NCBI GenBank assembly: GCA_036336835.1
Contig: JAYZFK010000091.1
Coordinates: 1-45,619 of the forward strand
Source: Myxococcota bacterium
Lineage (GTDB): Bacteria > Myxococcota_A > UBA9160 > UBA4427
DNA length: 45,619 nucleotides
Direction of reading: 5' to 3'
Shown here: positions 37,175-45,619 of the stretch, piece by piece
How the letters are laid out: each line of letters starts with the position of its first letter
Position numbering within the stretch: the stretch's first letter is position 1
Notes under the pieces: model-generated
What the model saw: the letters and a program-made list of their open reading frames with translations, nothing else
Databases searched by the model: none
What the model was told of the DNA's origin: nothing
Program-made: the position numbers and the translations under genes

Positions 37175-39148
37175 CTAGCCCGCGCGCCCGGCCGAGCCAG
37201 CGGGCAGCGATCTCGCCTCGAGGCCGCCTCGCGCGGTGTCGATTTCAAGCGGCTCGGCCGGCGCCTCGAGCTCTGGCTCGGGCGGGCGGAAATGCTTGTC
37301 GTAGTACGCCTGCAGCACCTTGCCCGCGATCGGCGCGGCGACGCGGCCGCCGCCGCCACCGTGCTCGACCAGCACGGCCAGCGCGATCTCGGGCGCATCG
37401 GCCGGCGCGAACGCAGCGAACCAGGCGTGGTCGCGATACTTGATCGGGATGTCCTCGTCGTCCTCGTACTGCTCGAGCACGGAGAGGCTCACGACCTGCG
37501 TCGTCCCGGTCTTGCCGGCGACCTCCATGCCACCAACCCGGGCGCGCCAACCCGTTCCGCCCGGCGCCTCGACCACGCCGGTCAGCGCCGCGCGCACGAG
37601 CGCGAGGTTTGCCGCCGCGATGCCGACTCGCGTCGGCTCGACGCGCGGCGGCCGCTCGACCAGGCGACCGTCCCAGGTCTCGAGCCGCTCGACGATGCGC
37701 GGCGAGTAGACCAGGCCGCCATTGGCGATCGCCGCGTAGGCCAGCGCCAGCTGCAGCGGGGTGACGAGATTGAAACCCTGGCCGATCACGGCCGACACCG
37801 TCTCGCCCTTGATCCACTCCTGCTTGCGCGTCTGCTTCTTCCACGCCTTGTCCGGAACGATGCCGACGCTCTCGCCCGAGATGCCAATCCCGGTGCGCCG
37901 CCCGAGCCCGAAGCCGCGGGCAAACTTTGCGAGCCGATCGATGCCGAGCTCCAGGCCAACCGTGTAGAAATAGACGTCGCACGACTGCTCGAGCGCCTTG
38001 GCCAGATCGACGTCGCCGTGGCCTTCGCGCATCCAGCAACGATACGTGCGACGCCCCAGGCGGAACGAGCCCGGGCAGTACACGGTGCGCGCTGGATCGA
38101 TCACTCCGGTCTGGAGGCCCGCGAGCGCAACGATCGCCTTGTAGGTCGACCCCGGTGCGTACTGACCCGAGACGGCGCGGTTCTGCAGTGGCTCCCAGCG
38201 ATCGGTCGTCAGCTGGCTCCAGACCGCGCCCTCGACCCCCCCGGCGAAATCGTTCGGGTCGTAGGACGGCTTCGAAACGAGGGCGAGCACGTCCCCGTTG
38301 CGAGGATCGACGGCCACGAGCGCACCCATCTTGTCGGGCTCGCCGGGGTCGTCCGAGCGGAATGCCTCCTCCGCGACGCGTTGCAGATCGAGATCGAGCG
38401 TCAGCACGACTCGGCCCCCGGGCACCGGCAGCACCTCATCGAGTCGAGCGACCTCGCGGCCCTGCACGTCGACGACGAGGTTGCGCCCGCCCGAGCGACC
38501 CCGCAGATGGCGCTCGAGACGTTGCTCGAGCCCGGACTGACCGATCACGTCGCCCGCGCGATAGCCGGCGAACTCGCTCCGCTCGAGCTGACGGGCGCCG
38601 ATCTCGCCGATCGTCCCGAGCAGGTGCGCGGCCTGCGGGCCGTTCAGGTAGTGGCGCCTGGGACGGAAGTCGACGTGAACCCCCGGCAACGCATACTGGT
38701 GCGCCCGCACACGCGCGAGCGCGTCCGGGTCGAGGTCCGGGTCGAGCACCACGGACTTGAAGCGCTCTCGGCCGCGTCGCTTGCCGATGCGCTGGTCGAG
38801 CCCACTCACTTCGCGCTCGAGCAGTGCCGCCATCGCCCGCAGGGTCCGCTCGCGCTCGCTCAGCTCGTGCGGAATCACTGCCACACCGAAGGCGGGGCGC
38901 GAGGCCGCCAGCGCGCGCCCCTCGCGATCGACGATCCAGCCGCGCTGCGCCTCGAGCCGCACCGTCCGCACCCGGTTGCGCTCCGAGCGGTTGCTCAGGT
39001 CGGCTCCCTCGATCACCTGGAGCTGGAACAGCCGGGCCGCGAAGATCGCGAAGACGAGCGCGATCAGCCCGCCGAGCACAACGACGCGACGCGCGAGGAA
39101 GGCCTCGTCGCCGCCGCCCAGTCGGCCGTCGTGGCCGCCGCCGATCAA
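37175..39148 (-). CDS. mrdA: Penicillin-binding protein 2
   Basis: N-terminal TM, RG.IVDR, GQSGLE, SxxK (STYK), SCD, KTGT; TTG overlaps the mreD stop. Confidence 0.96.
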   Translation of the reverse strand: MIGGGHDGRLGGGDEAFLARRVVVLGGLIALVFAIFAARLFQLQVIEGADLSNRSERNRVRTVRLEAQRGWIVDREGRALAASRPAFGVAVIPHELSERERTLRAMAALLEREVSGLDQRIGKRRGRERFKSVVLDPDLDPDALARVRAHQYALPGVHVDFRPRRHYLNGPQAAHLLGTIGEIGARQLERSEFAGYRAGDVIGQSGLEQRLERHLRGRSGGRNLVVDVQGREVARLDEVLPVPGGRVVLTLDLDLQRVAEEAFRSDDPGEPDKMGALVAVDPRNGDVLALVSKPSYDPNDFAGGVEGAVWSQLTTDRWEPLQNRAVSGQYAPGSTYKAIVALAGLQTGVIDPARTVYCPGSFRLGRRTYRCWMREGHGDVDLAKALEQSCDVYFYTVGLELGIDRLAKFARGFGLGRRTGIGISGESVGIVPDKAWKKQTRKQEWIKGETVSAVIGQGFNLVTPLQLALAYAAIANGGLVYSPRIVERLETWDGRLVERPPRVEPTRVGIAAANLALVRAALTGVVEAPGGTGWRARVGGMEVAGKTGTTQVVSLSVLEQYEDDEDIPIKYRDHAWFAAFAPADAPEIALAVLVEHGGGGGRVAAPIAGKVLQAYYDKHFRPPEPELEAPAEPLEIDTARGGLEARSLPAGSAGRAG

Positions 39149-39681
39149 CGCGCCGACCTCGCGTCGAGCCGAAGCGCGCGGCGAGCCGCATCATCGTCGC
39201 TCGACCAGCTGCACAGCCGCTCGACTCCGAGCGCGACGAAGGGCGCGGCGATCGCGTTCACCAGCGCGTGCCCCCCCACGCGACCGATGCTGGCGGCCAC
39301 CTCGCTGGCCGAGCCGGTGAACGAGCCGAGCCCCCCCTGCAGCGCGACCGCGTAGATCACGCTGAGCCCGGCGGCGAACACCGCCAGCGGCAGCGGACCG
39401 CGCAGGTTGAGCTGGCGCCCGCCGAGCCGCGCCGCCGCAAACGACAGCAGCCGCAGCAGCCCGTGCTGCCCGAGCAGCGAGCCCGACAACACGTCGGTCG
39501 CGTAGCCGAGCCCCGCCGCCAGCGCAAAGCCGCTCGGCAGCGGCTCCCAGAACAGACCGATCGCAACCACCACCAGCAGCCCGAGATCGGGACAGAACGG
39601 GTGTGGCACCAGGACCGCGAGCGCGCTCTGCGCGATCAGCGCGACCAGCCCGGCCGCAAACAGGATCACCGCCTGCTTCAC
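39145..39681 (-). CDS. mreD: Rod shape-determining protein MreD
   Basis: Hydrophobic 178 aa from GTG 39681 (GTGA overlap with the mreC stop); PDLGLL, GYATDVLSG; position between mreC and mrdA. Confidence 0.88.
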   Translation of the reverse strand: MKQAVILFAAGLVALIAQSALAVLVPHPFCPDLGLLVVVAIGLFWEPLPSGFALAAGLGYATDVLSGSLLGQHGLLRLLSFAAARLGGRQLNLRGPLPLAVFAAGLSVIYAVALQGGLGSFTGSASEVAASIGRVGGHALVNAIAAPFVALGVERLCSWSSDDDAARRALRLDARSAR

Positions 39682-40661
39682 GACGCCGGCGACTCCGTGG
39701 GAGCAGAGGCCGTCTCGGTCGGGCCTGTCGGTATCTCTCGCTGGCTCCCGGGTTGCGGCTCGCCCGCCGGCGGCTCGGGCTCGGGGTCTCGCCCGGCGTC
39801 GCCAGCCGATCCGTAGAGCAGCTCCATGGTCGGACCGCGGTGGAGCATCACGAATACCTGCTCGAGCCGGCCGAAGTCGACTGCCGACGCCAGCACCGCC
39901 GTCTGGAGCAGCATCCCGCCCGGATCCGAGATGCTGCGCACGACGCCGATGCGCAGGCCCTTCGGATACACCCCACCCATCCCGGACGTGATCACGATGT
40001 CGCCCTGGCGCACGTCGCTGCCACGCACGACGAACTCGAACTCGAGCTCGCCGGTGCCACGACCGCGAACGATGCCCCGCGCACGGCTGCGCTGAACGAT
40101 GCCGTCGATGGCGCTCTGGCGGTCGAGCAGCAACATCGTCCTGGCCGCGTGCTGCGAGGTCGCCGTGACGAGACCCACGACGCCCTGATCGGTGATCACC
40201 GGACTGCCGGAGCGCACGCCGTGGTCCCGGCCGCGATCGACGAGCACGCTGCGAAACCACGGCGACACGTCGAGCCCGACGACCTCGCTCGGCAGCATCG
40301 CGACCTCGAAATCGTCGCGCATCGCGGCAATCCGCTGCAGGTTGCCGCTCGCGACGAGCGCCTCGCGGTACTGCAGGTTGGCTTCCTCGAGCTCGGCAAT
40401 GCGCCGCTCGAGCGCGTCGTTGTGCTCGCCGACCGAGACCAGGTCGACGTAGCGAGACCAGGCGCCGCGCACCGCATCGACCGGTGCGAGCAACACCTTC
40501 TGGACCGGGATGGCGATCTCGAGTACGACGCCCTGCCACCAGGGCAAATCGGCCGCATCCTCGCGGATGGCGCGGCGATCCGAGACCATCGTGATGGTGG
40601 TCAGCAAGGCCAGCACCCCGAAGGCGATCGGGGCGCCGAGACGGCGCCAGAAATCCGGCAT
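39678..40661 (-). CDS. mreC: Rod shape-determining protein MreC
   Basis: TM plus coiled coil, VDRGRDHGV, GVVG, GDIVITSGMGGVYPKGLRIG. Confidence 0.95.
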   Translation of the reverse strand: MPDFWRRLGAPIAFGVLALLTTITMVSDRRAIREDAADLPWWQGVVLEIAIPVQKVLLAPVDAVRGAWSRYVDLVSVGEHNDALERRIAELEEANLQYREALVASGNLQRIAAMRDDFEVAMLPSEVVGLDVSPWFRSVLVDRGRDHGVRSGSPVITDQGVVGLVTATSQHAARTMLLLDRQSAIDGIVQRSRARGIVRGRGTGELEFEFVVRGSDVRQGDIVITSGMGGVYPKGLRIGVVRSISDPGGMLLQTAVLASAVDFGRLEQVFVMLHRGPTMELLYGSAGDAGRDPEPEPPAGEPQPGSQREIPTGPTETASAPTESPAS

Positions 40662-40721
40662 GGCTCCCCGTGCCCGCAGCCCCCGGCTCCGAACACCGGA
40701 CGGCGGGACTCGCGACGACCG

Positions 40722-41840
<1,119 letters not shown>

Positions 41841-42099
41841 CTATCTCGAGCACTCGACAACGCTGTTTCAGAGCGGGTAACTGCCCGAATTGACGAAGTC
41901 TTTTCCCACCCGGCCACGAGCACGCAGAGTACCAGCCGCGGCGCCGTAGAGCAATGCCCCCGCCCGCTGAAATCAGCGCTTTGGCAGCGATTCGCGCGCC
42001 CTGACTCGGCCGGCGCGTTGCCCGACCCGAAGGTGCTCCTTACCTTGCAGCCCGCACGCTGCACGAGGCCCTCGTGAAGCGAACCGGGAGAGCACAGAC

Positions 42100-43629
42100 A
42101 TGCTCGAAAGCATCCGCCGCAAACAACGTTGGCTGACCGCCGTGCTGGTTGGGGCGATCGCCTTCGTCTTCATCGTCTTCTTCGGCCCCTGGGCCGGGCA
42201 GCAAGCCCCGACCACGCCCGCCGACCCCATCGTGGAGCTCGACGGTCTCGTCATCGATGCCAGCGACTTCTATCGGCGGCGCGACATGCAAACGCGCCAG
42301 CTGCGCGAGCAGCTCGGTGACGACTTCGACGAGAAGGCCGCCAGCGCCTTCATCGATCAGCAGACGCTGCGAGGGTTGGTCCAGCAGGCTGTTCTCGCCC
42401 ACAGCGCTCGCGATCTCGGAATCCGCGTGACTCGCCAGGAGATCCAGACGTTCTTGCGCGACAACTGGCGCAACGCGGATGGCAGCTTCGATCAGGAGCT
42501 GATCGTCGACGTGATCGAGCGCGAGTACGGCACCCAGCGCCTGTTCCTCGAGACGATCGAGCGCGAGCTGCTCGCGACCAAGATGATCCGGCTGCTGACC
42601 TCCCAGGCACGCGTCAGCGATGTCGAGCTGAGAGAGATCGCCCACTTCGCCGCGGACAACGTTCAAATCGCCTATGTCCAGCTCGACACCACCGCCCTCC
42701 CCCCGGACGAGAGCGAAAACGGGGAGGAGGAGGACGTCGAGGTCGAGACCTTCCTCGCGGCCAACCAGGACGCCCTGCGCGAGCGCTACCAGGACCAGAT
42801 CGCGACCTACACGACCCCCGAGCAGATCCGCGCCCGCCACCTGCTGCTCGAGGTCCCACCCGGGGCGGACGCCGCCGCGGACACCACGGCGCGAGAAGAG
42901 GCGGAGGCGGCGCGCCAGCGCATCATGGACGGCGTGCCCTTTGCCGACGTGGCGAGCGAGGTCAGCGACGATCGCGGCACGCGCGAATCCGGGGGTGAGC
43001 TCGGGCTCGTCTCGCGGTCGGAGATGGCCAAGGCAATTGCCCAGGCGGCCTTCGACCTCGAGGTCGGCAGCGTCTCCCAGGTGGTACGCGGGCTCCGCGG
43101 CTATCACGTGGTGCTGATCGACGAGAAGATCGCCGGCCGCACCCGCAGCTACGAGGAGGTGGCGCCGGATCTCGCGCGCGAGGGGATCGTGCTCGAAGCC
43201 TCGAAGACGCGTGCGAGCGGCATCGCAGAGGAGCTGGCCGAGGCGATCCGGGAAGGCACATCGCTCGAAGATGCCGCGCGGCTCCGCGACCTGGCGTTGG
43301 TGCGCACCGGCAGCCTGCGCCACCGCGCGGACGGCTTCATCCCGGATCTCGGCGCTGCTCCCGAGCTGCTCGCACTGGCGTTTGCCCTGGAACCGGGCGA
43401 GAGCTCGCCGCGCATCTTCGAGCTCGGCAATCGGCTGGTGCTGATCCAGCTGACCGACAGGCAATCGCCGGACGAGCTCGCAATCGACGCCCAGATTGCC
43501 GGGGCGCGAGAAACCATGCAGACCCAGAAGCGCAGCCAGATCGTCCAGAGCTGGCTCGACGCCGAGCAACGACGACTCGAGGCCGACCAGAAGCTGCGCG
43601 TGAACGCCTCGCTCGTCGTCGGCTCCTGA
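42100..43629 (+). CDS. ppiD: SurA N-terminal domain / parvulin PPIase, PpiD-like membrane-anchored chaperone
   Basis: MLESIR plus TM anchor, SurA_N-like helical region, IRARHLL, FADVASEVSDD, GGELG, GYHVV; divergent from mreB. Confidence 0.85.
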   Translation: MLESIRRKQRWLTAVLVGAIAFVFIVFFGPWAGQQAPTTPADPIVELDGLVIDASDFYRRRDMQTRQLREQLGDDFDEKAASAFIDQQTLRGLVQQAVLAHSARDLGIRVTRQEIQTFLRDNWRNADGSFDQELIVDVIEREYGTQRLFLETIERELLATKMIRLLTSQARVSDVELREIAHFAADNVQIAYVQLDTTALPPDESENGEEEDVEVETFLAANQDALRERYQDQIATYTTPEQIRARHLLLEVPPGADAAADTTAREEAEAARQRIMDGVPFADVASEVSDDRGTRESGGELGLVSRSEMAKAIAQAAFDLEVGSVSQVVRGLRGYHVVLIDEKIAGRTRSYEEVAPDLAREGIVLEASKTRASGIAEELAEAIREGTSLEDAARLRDLALVRTGSLRHRADGFIPDLGAAPELLALAFALEPGESSPRIFELGNRLVLIQLTDRQSPDELAIDAQIAGARETMQTQKRSQIVQSWLDAEQRRLEADQKLRVNASLVVGS

Positions 43630-43644
43630 CCGCTGGGGGATCCG

Positions 43645-44973
43645 GTGCTCCGGCTCCAGGGGCCGTGCTTGCGACGCGCCGCGCTGCTGTGGCCCGCCCT
43701 GATGTGGCCCGCCCTGCTACTGGCCTGGGGCGCCGCGGCCGAGCAGGCCTCGCCTGCGGGCCAGCGCGTCTCGGAGCTGCTGACCCGCGGCCGGCAGCTC
43801 GAGCTGCAGGAGCTGCTGCCCGGCGTCTACCTCGTGTCGGGCAACTCGAACGCCTACCTGGTCGAGACCTCGGGCGGCAGCCTGCTGATCGACACCGGCA
43901 TCTCGCCGCAGGCCGCGCGGACGCGCGAGCTGCTGCTCGCCGCCTCGGAGCGGCCCGTCGAGCTGCTGGTGCTCACGCACTCGCACCCCGACCACATCGG
44001 CGGGGTCCCGCTCTGGGTCGCAGACGGCGTCCGCGTGATCGCCCACCGCGCCTTCCGCGAGCGCAACCTGGATCACCACCGGCTCGAGGCGTTCCGCAAT
44101 CGCCGCGCGCGCGTGCTGTGGGCGGACGTCATGCCTGGCGACGCGCCGCCGGTGCCGGTGGTCGAGCCGGACGAGGTGGTCGACGACACCCGAACCATCA
44201 CGCTGGGCGACCAGCCGGGCGACCGGATCGAGCTGATCGCCGTGCCCGGCGGCGAGGGTCCCGACGGCCTGGCCGTCTGGATCCCGGCGCGCAAGCTGCT
44301 GTTCGTGGGCGATGCGCTCGGACCGACCTTCGCGACGTTCCCCAACCTGTTCACGCTGCGCGGCGAGAACCTGCGCGACGCGTTTACGATGACCGAGACG
44401 ATCGACGCCGTGCTCGCGCTCGAGCCCCGGCCCGAGTGGCTGCTGGCGGGCCACTTCGAGCCGATGCAGGGCGCACAGACGATCCGCGACAACCTGACGC
44501 GAACGCGCGACGCGGTGCGCTACGTCCACGACGCCACGGTCGCCGGAATGAACCAGGGCAAGGACCTGTGGACGCTGATGCGCGAGATCGAGCTGCCCGA
44601 CGAGCTCGCCGTCTCGGAGCAGTACGGCCGCGTGCCGTGGGGCGTGCGCGCGATCTGGGAGCGCTACACCGGCTGGTTCCGCTACCAATCGACGACCGAG
44701 CTGTTCGAGGTGCCGCCGAGCGCCGTGTACGGCGAGCTGGCCGAGCTCGCCGGGGTCGACGCGCTCGTCGCCCGGGCTCGCGAGCACCTGACCGCCGGCG
44801 AGCCGCTCGAGGCGCTCCACCTGGCGGAGATCGCGCTGGCCGGCGACCCCGCGCACGTGCCGGCCATTACGGCGCAGCGCCGCGCCCTCCAGCAGATCCT
44901 CGAGACGCGCGGCCGCGGCAACTTCCAGCTCGAGGGCTGGCTGGGCCACGAGCTCGGCGCCACGCCTCAGTAG
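43645..44973 (+). CDS. Exported MBL-fold alkyl/aryl-sulfatase-like hydrolase with dimerization domain
   Basis: Signal-like N-terminus; THSHPDHIGG, GGEGPD, FPNLFTLRG, AGH, YVHDATVAGMNQG, YGRVPWGVRAIW..YTGWF. Confidence 0.85.
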   Translation: MLRLQGPCLRRAALLWPALMWPALLLAWGAAAEQASPAGQRVSELLTRGRQLELQELLPGVYLVSGNSNAYLVETSGGSLLIDTGISPQAARTRELLLAASERPVELLVLTHSHPDHIGGVPLWVADGVRVIAHRAFRERNLDHHRLEAFRNRRARVLWADVMPGDAPPVPVVEPDEVVDDTRTITLGDQPGDRIELIAVPGGEGPDGLAVWIPARKLLFVGDALGPTFATFPNLFTLRGENLRDAFTMTETIDAVLALEPRPEWLLAGHFEPMQGAQTIRDNLTRTRDAVRYVHDATVAGMNQGKDLWTLMREIELPDELAVSEQYGRVPWGVRAIWERYTGWFRYQSTTELFEVPPSAVYGELAELAGVDALVARAREHLTAGEPLEALHLAEIALAGDPAHVPAITAQRRALQQILETRGRGNFQLEGWLGHELGATPQ

Positions 44974-45619
44974 GCAGCCATCCCGCTATCGCGCAGCGCG
45001 CCGCCGTCGTGCGAGACGATCACCCGGGTCGCGGGCTCGGCATCGAGACCCGCGAGCCAGCGGCGCAGCACGCCCAGCCGCTCGCGGTCCTCGGGCACGA
45101 TCAGCCAGCTGTAGAGCAGCGGCTTGGCGACATCGGCCAGCAGGTTCGACTTCGTGTTGCTGACATCGCCCGCCAGGATCCAGAAGGTCGAGCCCACCCG
45201 CGCCAGATAGATCGTGCTGCCCGGCGTGTGGCCGCCGCCGGCGACGGCGAAGAGCCCAGCGAACCCCGGAATCGCGTAGTGGCGCCCGCCCGTCGCGATC
45301 GCCAGCCGCTCTGGCACGACGCAGTCGACCGCCCGCAGATCCTCGGCCCCCAGCTCGCTGCCGAAGTTCGTGTACTCGGCCTGCCAGGGCGTCTGATAGA
45401 CCGCAATCTGCCGCCCTGCCGCGTCGCACAGCTCGCCAATCCCGCCCGTGTGGTCGTGGTGCAGGTGCGTGAACGCGACCCCCGCGATCCGCCGCGCGTC
45501 CTCGCCCATCTGCTCGCCCACCGACCCGAGCGGCTGCGTGGGATCGGCCCCCAGCAGCCACTCCATCGGCTTGCCAAACGCCACCGCCCCCGGCCGATCC
45601 ATCCCGACATCGATCAGCA
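44967..45619 (-). CDS. MBL-fold metallohydrolase (AHL-lactonase-like), 5'-truncated by the window edge
   Basis: LIDVG, THLHHDHTGG, GHTPGS, AGD, VSHD; frame open to the window end. Confidence 0.85.
   Translation of the reverse strand, partial: LIDVGMDRPGAVAFGKPMEWLLGADPTQPLGSVGEQMGEDARRIAGVAFTHLHHDHTGGIGELCDAAGRQIAVYQTPWQAEYTNFGSELGAEDLRAVDCVVPERLAIATGGRHYAIPGFAGLFAVAGGGHTPGSTIYLARVGSTFWILAGDVSNTKSNLLADVAKPLLYSWLIVPEDRERLGVLRRWLAGLDAEPATRVIVSHDGGALRDSGMAAY

Noticed and set aside
35534..39355. 1273-aa plus-strand ORF antisense to HAD/rodA/mrdA, and similar long antisense ORFs (17297-20254, 24639-27470, 28302-30776, 39603-42077)
   Set aside because: They mirror real genes on the opposite strand, where stop codons are depleted by codon bias; no recognisable domains

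Overview
A very GC-rich (roughly 70% by eye), densely coding bacterial chromosomal segment with about 38 genes. I found no rRNA, tRNA, CRISPR array or mobile element. The mreBCD-mrdA-rodA cluster divergent from a ppiD/surA-like gene, together with dapL and many LLM/SDR/thiolase genes, suggests a Myxococcota/deltaproteobacterial-type organism (inference). Contents from left to right: (1) a His-motif membrane protein and a TPR protein; (2) a tightly packed minus-strand operon of pentaheme NapC/CymA-like cytochrome, exported monoheme protein, AorA ferredoxin, tungsten aldehyde oxidoreductase AorB, MoaD-like protein, FAD subunit AorC and a second MoaD-like protein; (3) an F420-type LLM, an alkyl-DHAP-synthase-like flavoprotein, dapL, an SGNH hydrolase, pyk (apparently starting at ATT) and ettA; (4) a TIGR03790-like lipoprotein, an orphan 7TM histidine kinase and a full-length Lhr helicase; (5) a histidine phosphatase, DUF3604 lipoprotein and amino-acid symporter operon; (6) a catabolic cluster (EthD-like, SDR, Ltp2-like aldolase, DUF35, LLM, MFS); (7) the elongasome operon, PpiD and two metallo-beta-lactamase-fold hydrolases. 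The best candidate for an undescribed system is the tungsten AOR operon headed by two extracytoplasmic c-type cytochromes. All family calls come from motif recognition; no database search was run.
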